Virus record (IMG/VR): IMGVR_UViG_3300027709_000056
Coordinates: 1 to 64,000 of that record
Origin: a virus
DNA: 64,000 nucleotides
Reading direction: 5' to 3' (one strand)
The position numbers and the translations under genes are program-made. Positions 57,501 to 64,000 of the stretch are shown here, piece by piece. The notes beneath the pieces were generated by a model, which was not told the DNA's origin, made no database searches, and was given only the letters and a program-made list of their open reading frames with translations. The number at the start of each line of letters is the position of its first letter. The first letter of the stretch is position 1.

Positions 57501-60270
57501 TACAGTTGCAAACATTGAATCATTAAACAGTGAGTACACATACTCTAATGTTGCAGATGAAACTAAGACTTATACAAGATATAAAGGTCGTATAACATTT
57601 ACTAATCCGCCAGCTAATAATGCCGCTATTGTGGTCAAGTATAGTAAATCAATTAATATGCTTCAAGCACAAGACCGTATTAGTTTATTTTATAAACCAA
57701 CAGACGGAATGCTAGGAAATGATATAGCACAATTAATGGATGGTATTGATTACGGTGGTGTAGAAGTTAGAAGTTTTGATTTTGGTGGAGGCGCAGGTTG
57801 GAGTTCAGAGCCTTGGTATACATCAACTTGGGATACGTATGATAATACGTATGAAGACGAAGTCTTTACATTAGATGGCAGTACAAATGTTTTTGCTCTT
57901 GCAAAACCATTAGAAGATGGCGTAATTTATAATGTTTATAAAAATGGTGTTAGAGTAGACGATCCAGAATATGATGGTAGTACTGTACCGGGTAATCCTA
58001 GTGCAGTTATGCAATCTATTACAGGTGATGGTACAACACAAACTGTTCAACTTAATGAAGAATTAATTCCAACAGTTGATGGCGATGTAATTATTATTAG
58101 AAAGTCTTCAAGCGATGGAAGTTTTATTCCAGATCCAGATGCATATGATACATTATTACAAGGTGGCGATATGGCATATACATCAGCAAGGGGTCTTGCA
58201 TCGGAAGAAATTGTTGTTGATGGTGATGGCTTTGTTACAGAATTAACATCAAAAGGTCCAGAAGAATTAATTCCAGGACAAGTTCTTGATACAGTTGATT
58301 TTAAAGTTTATGATAGATCTACAGATGGATCAAGTATTATTAGTAGTCATAATTATTTTGGGGATGGATCTAAAACTGCATTTCCTATTACTAACATACC
58401 AGCAAGTCAAACAGATTTATTTGTAAAAGTAAATGGAATAATTTTAGATGCTACTCAATATACTGTAAATTATCAAACTAAACAAGTTGTGATTACTAAC
58501 GCACCAGGACTTGACGAGCAAGTACACATTTCAACAATGTCAAACAATGGTGAAAAAATTATAGACTTTGATTCATTTGTTGGCGACGGTTCAACATCAC
58601 AGTTTGTTACGTCGGTTATTTATAAAACAGGATTGTCATATACATTAACAGTAGATGGCGAAACAGTACAAACTGATCTAGATGAAACCGATGCTACATA
58701 TGAAGTACCAGGTAGGGTTGTTTTTAAATTAGGAACTGTACCTAACTCTGATGCAGTAATTCAATATGTAATTTATGATAGTGTTAGTAAAGCATTTAGC
58801 CAACTATCAACAGAAGCATTTACTGGCAATGGAGTTGACGCATCATTCACATTAAGTCAAGTACCATTTACTAGTGAACCAACTAGTCATAACATTATAG
58901 TTAAATTAAATAATAAGATTTTAAGTGCAGGATATAATCAACAATTTACAGTTGTTGCAGGACGTGAATATCAATTAAGACAATGGCAAATTTCAACAGC
59001 AACTATTAGTTCTGAAAATGTGTATGTTTTCTTAAATGGTGTTCAGTTAGAAATAGGAATAGAATGGCGTTGGGACACATATAATGGAACAGCAGTATTA
59101 TTTGATACTACAGGAACCATAGGTGATAACTTAGAAGTGTTTGTACTTGATAGTGGAGATTATCAATTAGGATACTTTGATAGTGGAACATCTTTATTTG
59201 TTAAAACACCTAATAAAGTTTATTTAGATGTTGTTCCAGCTAATGGTGATATACTAACAATCTATCAATTTAGTAAGCATGATATTAGAAAAATTGAGAG
59301 AGAAGTATTTGATGTTGTAGCAAGAAATGACGTTACAGTTGGTACTGATGGTTATACAGAGTATCATCAATTAACTAAAGGAATAATTAGATTACGTGAA
59401 GAAGCCTTTGATGCTGAATATGTGTGGGTTACATTAAATCAAGACTTATTAACTCCAAGCATTGATTATTATGTTACAGATGATAAAAAACATATCAAAA
59501 TTGTAGTTGATATCGATCCTAATGATAAGATAGAAGTAATTCATTTTACTAATCCTATTATTGTTCCAAAATTTGGATTTAGAATTTTCAAAGATATGTT
59601 GAATAGAACACATTATAAACGACTTGGAGATGATAATAAATATACATTAGCAGAAGATTTACATTGGTATGATAGCAGAATTTATGTAACAAATTATGAT
59701 CGTTTACCTCTTCCTAACAAGGATAAAGGTATTCCAGGAATAATTTTTATAAACAGCGAACGTATTGAGTATTATTTGAAGGAAGGTGGAGCTATTAGGC
59801 AGTTACGTAGAGGCACGTTAGGTACAGGTATTGCAGAGTTACATAAAGCTGGATCAGAGTTAATTGATCAGAGCGGAACGCAAACAATACCATATACTGA
59901 TGAGACAAAAACGCAGGTATTTGAAGCAGATGGGTCTACAGCGGCTATTACAGTTGATTTTATTCCAAAAACTGTTAATGAATTTGAAGTATTTGTAGCA
60001 GGTAAGCGATTACGTAAAAATGCAATTAGTTCATTCGATGTAACGCTTAATTTAGATAGTCCTGAAGGAGATGTTACGTTACCACCTGAATTTAGTGTAG
60101 ATGGTACAACATCAACGGTGACATTATTAAATACACCAGCTATTAATAGTAAAATTATAGTGGTGAGAAAGCTCGGAAGAACTTGGACTGATCTAGGTAC
60201 TCCGTTGCATAGACAGGAAAACAACATAGGGCGTTTCTTAAGAAGCAAAGAGGTTGCGTTACCTAAATAA
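45550..60270 (+). CDS. Giant 4906-aa virion protein (occupying the gp7 baseplate position)
   Basis: Single uninterrupted ORF after g6; FG-GAP-like propeller repeats, G.GY...P.I repeats and F.GDG....F Ig-like repeats. Confidence 0.7.
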   Translation: MPFTDDQHEYPLPGSGKKPPKRESAELLPRYFRTQHNKKFLNATLDQLNQPGVAEKLSGYFGRRTAKAYEAGDTYIAENNSDRENYQLEPAAVIKDDLNNVTFYKDYLDYINQTRAFGGTVDNHDKLNSQEYYAWNPNIDWDKFTNFREYYWLPGGPIGIGIVGQADNIISTYKVTKKDNLDNNGYVFTPDGLTQNPTLKLYRGQTYIFEIDALGMPLTFRTARSLDPSLLYSKGLDDSTQTVDVGTITWTIDNSAPDTLYYVNGNDINASGLIQIADAIENSSIDVENEIVGKKTYTMTNGYSLSNGMKVYFQGNVTPTKYATGEWYVEGVGNEIKLVHEKDLEIPATYSTNKPVPFDTEGFDRLPYSNANSFAGVKDYLVINRASRSRSPWTRYNRWFHRDVIETVATINGTPTEIDQDYRAKRPIIEFEAGLKLYNFGTSAKDDIDLLDTFTKDVFSDIEGATGYNIDGLDIVDNMRILFTADPDSRVKGKIFKVKFITHNLVRQISLIEETDTNPIENETVLVRNGETYKGKMWFYNGTDWKAGQDKTIINQTPLFELYDSVGYSFANNTYYAASTFKGNKVFSYKVGAGTVNDAELGFSLSYRALENTGDILFDFNLLSDNFAYQKDNAVLTKNTDIGLLRVYTAINTFTYTSGWIKAKANSRQHVIRQYVVTTKFNDFAIDVYDRSGDLNDLWDRVYVNNVRQYNGVDYVLNRINGTAFVTFVKKLKEDDVLLIKTNSATKKNVNGYYEMPLNLERNPLNNNVLTFTLGEVTDHVQSMTEYRDDTTGTFPGNTNLRDLGDLAPYGRRFVQHSGPINLALFSITDQESNIIHAIRHASKEYGKFRRLFLQEANQLGFDGETKEHFDRVMKKVVRSKTNDMPYYFSDMIGIGTSTKTTHTVEDIDTVFYALAQDFGLSDLSSRAVYVYKNGVQLVHGVDYYFPEEDQPGFVAITGTKVIGDVLDVYEYETSDGSYIPPTPSKLGLYPAYKPYKFLDDTYQVPTEVIQGHDGNIFVCYGDFRDDLLLELEKRIYNNIKCAYDKTIIDIHEFVGGESRDTGFTKWQRDRALITDFTAWLSNVGDLDYSDYGFYQRTNSFTFNYGSMTSPKGAKLPGYWRGIYKEAYDTDRPHTHPWETLGYTLEPTWWKTVYGPAPYTSENKILWQDIEDGVIREPGKSLTYLPAYARKDITKHIPVDDVGKLLSPLDSNYAKNYVLALTEGPFEFGDEAPTETAWRRSSEYPFAFIVSWILNQPSKIVGLGFDRSRIIRNPAKEIVYSETSKRLRLKDLVFPNTHMDTVRVSTSGLVNYIFDYIGSRTLVSYDAYKKNLTTLTNQLGFKVAGFTNKAKFKLLLDSRTPYNEGNVFVPDENYKVFLNSSSVVDLVSYSGVIIEKQPAGFIVKGYDKANPYFKYFAVRERANDPVERVGGVTDSFVIWKSNQTYVEGQTVEFTNEYYRVKEGHISTGDFNSSFFAKLVELPISGGVSAYFRREFDTEPPFINSTLELSYGHLFRTVQEVVDFLLGYGAWLEWKGFDFNWFNKDINSVENWTLSAKEFLFWTTQNWNADSVITLSPAANKFKFRKDFYVSDNIFDSFYDYTLLKADGKKLLPEFVNVYRSVNNEFQITTKNSADGVYAVKLPLIQKEHVVLLDNHTVFNDIVYDLEPGYRQERIKVLGYRTDDWTGNLNIPGFIYDNAICTDWIQYQDYAIGDTVRYKEFYYVAKIKIPGTESFEAENWVRLDEKPTSELIPNLDYKAKQFKDFYDLDTDNFDTEQQRMSQHLIGYQKRNYLSNIINDDVSQYKFYQGFIQDKGTQNSLTKLFDALSNADKDSIEFYEEWGIKLGQYGSAEAFDEIEFKLDEAKFKLSPQPLELVDTILGTETDLIYRQRPFEVYLKPNNYDHKPFPTKYKATDYIPTAGFVNESDVKLTVATYDDILTQDIKTLNVGDYVWAGTRGTTWDVVKYISTTDRVTAITSDTDAGTTTIKLNTQARYEANEIIGILDVTDAEKFFKVKSVSLDTVICYANGTTEDVEVATGFVTTFTSSRVASLTEANTKAINSSLKVGELFWIDDDDSSRWIVLENKPAFTSHSLVTNPESGIDHEFGKVIASDDRNTILIASAPGLEKVYVFLRTTEGTPYALAQEIDAPTGLYTGNGKFGSSVALTDDGEHLVIGVPEASNIKTKFKGNFDTATSYVAGELVKHLETFWEAQWPVAPATGALTFPSFASTSKIQESHYDAGANSYPTIVFAIRGDYNLDVTTDHILVRAPTSQYNGSAPNDKLVLNWNEFSQNYPTGILPWGSTGPGVAAFEGSKIIAAKIDAVLYVDNLIRVPNVGDSLSSSAALGEVAYIRIENVSQAIIYMKDVSGQFSATDEIFLNAVSCGTYTLIQPEGGASTFAGWWKIDGFTPFTTTLTSAQNIQTPNFVLQDFILQSESRSPVVFGNTMDDVRALSLITDPTRGGRLGHLSYYDKNGLPNLSELWFIRAPKVFTDPANPTDPLNIWVNTIRGGVEPISVFDPATLGLTFSYLNDTTHTIHDLWSGFIDVTFTNFDGFGNPYIPQEGDTVIDDTTGAEAEVSYLQEQLLTCRLYLKSRVGTFRFGVNNGETSTISIKDAISLGVNRLSGRLDHADMDSATTGEMVVVKNTDSTQFPVTSSTFQNELEVHFYSSSTVSGIAQTPSYPTPLNKDWLQYYNIPAHTEGVAGSYTNEGMYLAYAKTDSREYSLNYGYIIPDRGNNKYVGKQLEFATDNKLHYLYVSTGDLNTVGNAGRIYFVKHGTDADANEYSYALGKDKYYKGTFSNSQTYFENDIVLYTSKFYQSKTNLAAGAFQTSLWTELSTHIDYVGHIPNDSGLTVDGENIADQSTIKNFAQPFAESKDGSVLVVVAEYTDTNPKILIYRLNNGHYEFSQVIVTPNADIGFGQAIAVSDDGTLVAVGAPLQDEVNDNNGAVYVYRLVSGSFIWSQTLYSPEDDVAERFGASLDFDKNNLIVSSRGGDLISTTTFDANTVVATTLDNNLTQFKTANEDSGQVLVFQRFNNTLIYSERFVYNNPATRRFGENLLFRDNHVYVSMPELTISTTDNEMGTILDFRRDRVTLSWTTLRTPIDQIDIEKYRGVFIYDTRDNSLTKQIDYIDPIQGKIAGTAEEELSYKTPYDPAVYTTGEAPAVVDSGGYWGEKYVGKLWWDLSTIKFHNPYQGDIIYQTANWGRLFTGASADIYEWVETTLKPSEWLEQADTEEGLTKGISGTPKYDDNTLVTGRVFDKQGQSFSNKYYYWIKNRKIIPGIIDRKTSAYDVAQLIADPQAQGYQFIAPLSNNRFALYNCANLLSGDNSAINFRYWNIETPTNIHNEYQILSDGLGTSRPKQELERKWFDSLIGWDTKMRSVPDHALSVKQRYGILNRPRQSMFVNRLEGVKQFVERVNLVFKQNIIIDEYDISKFNLVDPLPTLNSGTYDAVVDTYAEIVYVGTAKVEQAILTPTWVNGKLTDVKITNPGRGYKVPPTYDFANIGNGSGAVITLTIDTLGKITSAVIKYEGKDYPSTTSIEVRKFSTLIKTDETVQNKWAIYGYNATSKTWERTASQSYNVPKFWSYANWYAMGYTQFTDVDYLIDESYQLTALDDSIGDIIKIKTVGSGGWLLLEKTSDAPAVDYTTNYKTIGRANGTLELSSKLYNYPASHIGYDALSYDTSDYDNQPVHELRLILQALRDDILIDDLAVEYNKLFFSSVRYAFSEQKYVDWAFKTSFMKAKHNIGDLKQKITFQNDNLSSYEDFVAEAKPYKTKIREYLTSYTKTDPTNSSVTDFDLPPAYNVQDGKIVPSALKIKDDAVYGVDPGLVTYPNKHWKENLGYDVVEIQIKDGGTGYLEVPVITFSGGGGTGAKARAYIGTGGKITAIMMTNVGSGYLSAPTVIINGTQSDDGKEASVSAKLGNGKVRNSHIISKYDRVTGTFLITTLTETQNFTGNASEINFDLTWPMDLRPSQIEVTVANIESLNSEYTYSNVADETKTYTRYKGRITFTNPPANNAAIVVKYSKSINMLQAQDRISLFYKPTDGMLGNDIAQLMDGIDYGGVEVRSFDFGGGAGWSSEPWYTSTWDTYDNTYEDEVFTLDGSTNVFALAKPLEDGVIYNVYKNGVRVDDPEYDGSTVPGNPSAVMQSITGDGTTQTVQLNEELIPTVDGDVIIIRKSSSDGSFIPDPDAYDTLLQGGDMAYTSARGLASEEIVVDGDGFVTELTSKGPEELIPGQVLDTVDFKVYDRSTDGSSIISSHNYFGDGSKTAFPITNIPASQTDLFVKVNGIILDATQYTVNYQTKQVVITNAPGLDEQVHISTMSNNGEKIIDFDSFVGDGSTSQFVTSVIYKTGLSYTLTVDGETVQTDLDETDATYEVPGRVVFKLGTVPNSDAVIQYVIYDSVSKAFSQLSTEAFTGNGVDASFTLSQVPFTSEPTSHNIIVKLNNKILSAGYNQQFTVVAGREYQLRQWQISTATISSENVYVFLNGVQLEIGIEWRWDTYNGTAVLFDTTGTIGDNLEVFVLDSGDYQLGYFDSGTSLFVKTPNKVYLDVVPANGDILTIYQFSKHDIRKIEREVFDVVARNDVTVGTDGYTEYHQLTKGIIRLREEAFDAEYVWVTLNQDLLTPSIDYYVTDDKKHIKIVVDIDPNDKIEVIHFTNPIIVPKFGFRIFKDMLNRTHYKRLGDDNKYTLAEDLHWYDSRIYVTNYDRLPLPNKDKGIPGIIFINSERIEYYLKEGGAIRQLRRGTLGTGIAELHKAGSELIDQSGTQTIPYTDETKTQVFEADGSTAAITVDFIPKTVNEFEVFVAGKRLRKNAISSFDVTLNLDSPEGDVTLPPEFSVDGTTSTVTLLNTPAINSKIIVVRKLGRTWTDLGTPLHRQENNIGRFLRSKEVALPK

Positions 60271-60273
60271 ATA
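60267..60273 (+). promoter_or_regulatory. Late promoter box ATAAATA
   Basis: Overlaps the giant ORF stop; AGGA RBS and ATG 60292 follow. Confidence 0.7.
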
Positions 60274-60291
60274 CACTTGTAGGATATTAAT

Positions 60292-60906
60292 ATGATAGAC
60301 AATTTTAAAGAACAAAACGGTGTACTCTTACAAGGATACATCAAGATTTTTAATCCAGAGACTGGTGAAATCTTCGTAGATAAGCGAAATGCAATACACT
60401 ACGAAAACATGAGTCTTGCATTAGCAGACAGTCTGGCAAACCAAGGCTATGGCTTTATTAATAGCATGGTATTTGGTAATGGTGGTACTTCTGTTGATCC
60501 TACTGGAATTATTACGTATTTGTCACCAAATTCAACGGGCACAAACGCTAGTTTATATAGTCAAACTTATACTAAAGTAATTGATGATAATTCAATTAAC
60601 AATACAGATCCTACACGAAATAAACTAGAAACTCGTCACGTTAGTGGTACAAATTATACAGATATTCTAGCAACTTGTTTACTAGACTATGGCGAACCTG
60701 GCGGACAAGATGCTATTGATAATGCAACAGGAAGTGACAGCCTTTACGTATTTGATGAGCTTGGACTTGTTAGTTATGCAACATCAGGAACAGGACGATT
60801 ACTAACACACGTAATTTTCCATCCAGTACAAAAGAGCTTGAACAGATTAGTTCAAATTGATTACACCGTAAGGGTGCAAAGTTTAACCGGCTTTAATGAG
60901 GCGTAA
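60292..60906 (+). CDS. Baseplate/tail-fibre attachment-like protein (204 aa)
   Basis: FGNGG, CLLDYGEP, FDELGL and LLTHVIFHPVQKS motifs; directly precedes the fibre genes. Confidence 0.5.
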   Translation: MIDNFKEQNGVLLQGYIKIFNPETGEIFVDKRNAIHYENMSLALADSLANQGYGFINSMVFGNGGTSVDPTGIITYLSPNSTGTNASLYSQTYTKVIDDNSINNTDPTRNKLETRHVSGTNYTDILATCLLDYGEPGGQDAIDNATGSDSLYVFDELGLVSYATSGTGRLLTHVIFHPVQKSLNRLVQIDYTVRVQSLTGFNEA

Positions 60907-60910
60907 GTAA

Positions 60911-62938
60911 ATGGCATATATAGTATCACATACAGACCTTGCTAACAAAGGTACTATTACAGTTGAAGATAATACTATCAACCAAACTACAAGTTTGGAT
61001 ATTCCAGGACGTAATACTACTGCTTATGGTACAGCAATTGCTGATAACTTTTTACACTTACTAGAAAATTTTGCTTTTAATACATCACCAAGAAATCCTG
61101 TCGAAGGTCAACTATGGTATGATACTACTGTAGGCGCTGACCAATTAAAAATTTATGATGGTACAAACTGGATTTCTGCAAGTGGATTAAAAAAAGCAAC
61201 AAACGAACCTGCCGCAAATCAATCAGTAGTAGGTGACCTTTGGGTTGATACAGATAATCAACAACTTTATCTTTATACAGGATCAGGTTGGATTTTAGTC
61301 GGACCGACATTTAGTGATGGATTGTCAACTGGCGTAAAGCCAACAATTATTGTAGGAACAGATAATGTTTCTTATACAGTTTTACAAGTAGAAATAAAAG
61401 CAAAAGTAGCCGCAATTATTTCAGCAGATACATTTACTCCAAAAATTGTTATTACAGGATTTACTACAGTTAATCCAGGATATAATTTAAGTACAGCAGA
61501 CATTACAGGTGATGGTGCAGGAAAATATTATGGAGTTGCAGAAAAGGCAGAGAACTTAATTGTTGGAAGTCAAACAGTACCAGCATCTAGCTTTTTAAGA
61601 AATGATGTAACAAGTACAAGTTTATTTGCACTTAAAGTTAAAAATAATTCTGGTATTATTGTTGGAGCGGATAGTGCCATGTCAATTGGCGTTGAAGGCC
61701 AAGCAGGTATTATTGCCCACCAAACATCAGGATCTAATATTGATATAAGAGTTAATGATGCTGGCGAAATTAAAACAGTTATTAGAATTGATTCAGAAGC
61801 TAGAGTAGGTATTAATAATTTATCACCAGATCAAGCGTTAGATGTTACAGGTAATATTCAAACTAGTAATTTGTTACTAGTTGAAGGAACTACAGATTCG
61901 TCAACTATTAGTACAGGTAGTATTACAACTAAAGGTGGCGTAGGAATTGCTAAAAAATTATTTGTAGGTGGTGATAGTAATATTGCAGGACTACTTACAA
62001 CACAAAATATTATTCCAAACGTAACGAATGCACGTAATATAGGAACTGTAAATGAACAATGGCTAAACGTATATGCACAAAATTTTATAGGTAACTTAAC
62101 AGGAAATATCACAGGTACAGTTAGTGGACGTTCAGGCTCAGCAGATAAACTTGCGAGTCCAACAACATTCCAACTGACTGGAGATGTTTCAGCACCGTCG
62201 TTTAGTTTTGATGGACAAGACGAAAGTACTAAAACATTTACAACATCTATTGCAAATAGTTTTATTGCTAATAAAGACGAAAGTGCTACAACTCAAGTTG
62301 ATGATGAATTTTTAATTAATAGAGTAAGCGGAACTACTGGTGTATATAAAGTTAATAGAACTAACTTGTTTAGTGCTATGCCAACATATCCAATTGGGGC
62401 TATTACAATGTATGGCGGTTTAGTACCACCAAATGGTTGGTTAATGTGTGACGGTACTGAAATTCTAATTGCATTATATCAGAATTTATTTACTGCTATT
62501 CAATATAATTTTAAAGATATTACACTTGTTACAGCAGGGTCGTTTGCTTTACCAGATTTAAGAGGTAGATTTCCATTAGGTGCAGATAACATGGGCGGCG
62601 AAAGTGCTAATACAGTTACAAGTGCGGCGGCAGATAATATAGGAACACATAGCGGTCAACAAGACCAACAAGTTGCTGTTACAAATTTACCAGAACACGA
62701 ACATGATTTAAGAGGTGATAGTGGAGATCAATTTTATTCTTATAGAAAAGTTGCAGGCAATCCTAATGATTTAGGAAATATAGTATATGGTGCATTAGAA
62801 GGAGCAACTGGCGGTCAGGCTATGCCAACAAGTGGTGGAGTATTAACAGGACAAACATTAGGACAAGCAGTAGATATTATGAATCCATATATGACAATTA
62901 ATTATATCATATATGCAGGTGAGGCAGTAGAAAGCTAA
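60911..62938 (+). CDS. Tail fibre with C-terminal phage tail collar domain (675 aa)
   Basis: PIGAITMYGG..PP.GWLMCDG.......Y..LF.AI....F.LPDLRGRFP collar motif; N-terminal LLENFA...P..P.EGQLWYD motif. Confidence 0.8.
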   Translation: MAYIVSHTDLANKGTITVEDNTINQTTSLDIPGRNTTAYGTAIADNFLHLLENFAFNTSPRNPVEGQLWYDTTVGADQLKIYDGTNWISASGLKKATNEPAANQSVVGDLWVDTDNQQLYLYTGSGWILVGPTFSDGLSTGVKPTIIVGTDNVSYTVLQVEIKAKVAAIISADTFTPKIVITGFTTVNPGYNLSTADITGDGAGKYYGVAEKAENLIVGSQTVPASSFLRNDVTSTSLFALKVKNNSGIIVGADSAMSIGVEGQAGIIAHQTSGSNIDIRVNDAGEIKTVIRIDSEARVGINNLSPDQALDVTGNIQTSNLLLVEGTTDSSTISTGSITTKGGVGIAKKLFVGGDSNIAGLLTTQNIIPNVTNARNIGTVNEQWLNVYAQNFIGNLTGNITGTVSGRSGSADKLASPTTFQLTGDVSAPSFSFDGQDESTKTFTTSIANSFIANKDESATTQVDDEFLINRVSGTTGVYKVNRTNLFSAMPTYPIGAITMYGGLVPPNGWLMCDGTEILIALYQNLFTAIQYNFKDITLVTAGSFALPDLRGRFPLGADNMGGESANTVTSAAADNIGTHSGQQDQQVAVTNLPEHEHDLRGDSGDQFYSYRKVAGNPNDLGNIVYGALEGATGGQAMPTSGGVLTGQTLGQAVDIMNPYMTINYIIYAGEAVES

Positions 62939-64000
62939 TGAGTTATAAATTAAATAAAACAGACGGAAGTTTATTAGTTGATTTAGTTGACGGGCAGTTA
63001 GATACAACTACAACTGATATTTCTTTAATTGGAAAAAATTATACAGGGTTTGGTGAATCATTAAATGAAAATTTAATTAAAATGCTGGAGAATTTTTCTA
63101 AAGCATCTGCTCCTAGCAATCCTTTAATTGGTCAATTATGGTATGATACAACAACTCAACGAGTAAAAGTATATGACGGTGTTGGCTTTAGAACAAGTGG
63201 TGCACCGGCAGTAGACTCGCAACAACCAGCTACATTAGTTGCTGGCGATCTTTGGATTGATAGTTTAAATAATCAATTACATTTTTATGATGGTACTGAT
63301 TTAGAATTAGCAGGACCACTTTATACTAAAGCTCAAGGTAAAAGTGGATTTGAAGTTTCTACACTTATAGATACATTTAATAATAGTCAAATAGTAATGA
63401 AATATTTTGTTGCTGGTACTATAGTAGGTGTATGGAGTAATACAGAATTTATACCAGCAGTTGGATTTACAATTTCAGGAATAACTGGATCTATTAAAAA
63501 AGGATTCACACCAGTTAGTCTTGATGATTTTAGATGGCGTGGTATTGCCGATGAAGCTAGTGCATTAAGAACCTCAGGTGGCATTGTTAAATCAGCAGAG
63601 AAATTTTTACCTGCAGACGCCGACGCAACTACAACAGGTTCATTAACAGTACAAAATACCGGCGGACTTACAATTGGTCTAGCACAAAATAATATTTTAA
63701 AAGTAGTAGGTACATCTTTTGTTACTGAAAACCAGTTATCAAATCATGATTGGAAAGTTAGAGTTAGAAAGCCAACAGGATTTATTGATGCTCTTGTAGT
63801 TGATACATCAGAAGAGCATTTCGGAATTTTTAAATCAGACCCGCAACACGCACTTCATGTAGGCGGTGATATGAAAGTTGAAGGCGACTTTATAGTAGGT
63901 GGTACTTCACTTTTTGTAGAAACAACAAATTTAAGAGTGCAAGATAAGAATATTGAATTAGCAATAACAAGTGATAGTACTGTACTTGATAATGCTGGAG
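62938..64000 (+). CDS. Second tail fibre paralog, truncated by the window edge
   Basis: TAATG overlap with the upstream stop; translates MSYKLNKTDGSLLVDLVDGQLDTTTTDISLIGKNYTGFGESLNENLIKMLENFS...GQLWYD. Confidence 0.8.
   Translation, partial: MSYKLNKTDGSLLVDLVDGQLDTTTTDISLIGKNYTGFGESLNENLIKMLENFSKASAPSNPLIGQLWYDTTTQRVKVYDGVGFRTSGAPAVDSQQPATLVAGDLWIDSLNNQLHFYDGTDLELAGPLYTKAQGKSGFEVSTLIDTFNNSQIVMKYFVAGTIVGVWSNTEFIPAVGFTISGITGSIKKGFTPVSLDDFRWRGIADEASALRTSGGIVKSAEKFLPADADATTTGSLTVQNTGGLTIGLAQNNILKVVGTSFVTENQLSNHDWKVRVRKPTGFIDALVVDTSEEHFGIFKSDPQHALHVGGDMKVEGDFIVGGTSLFVETTNLRVQDKNIELAITSDSTVLDNAG

Noticed and set aside
1-64000. Stop-codon reassignment
   Set aside because: Genes up to 14.7 kb are intact in the standard code, coding density is high, and TAG ends plausible genes (41569, 42029).

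Overview
AT-rich segment of a large, distantly T4-like myovirus genome, read in the standard genetic code, covering most of the virion morphogenesis region. Minus strand 1-26.7 kb: paired giant fibre/adhesin-like genes, small virion genes, major capsid protein (gp23), scaffold (gp22), prohead protease (gp21), an acidic core protein, a glycosyltransferase-like gene, portal (gp20) and a probable tape measure protein. 26.7-35.9 kb: a gp26-like hub chaperone with an apparent -1 frameshift extension, two probable internal head proteins, a minimal GIY-YIG nuclease followed by a ~410-nt highly structured non-coding region, gp46, gp47 and a gp55-like late sigma factor. Plus strand 35.9-64 kb: baseplate module (gp48/54-like, gp53-like, hub, gp5-like, gp25, gp6), a 4906-aa giant protein and tail fibres. 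A TAAATA late-promoter box recurs before structural genes. Best leads: (1) the GIY-YIG plus structured RNA pair, possibly a ribonucleoprotein system; (2) a lambda G/GT-style programmed frameshift in the gp26-like gene; (3) a stand-alone ncRNA with its own sigma70 promoter and terminator just after the capsid gene. All family calls come from motif recognition; no database search was run.
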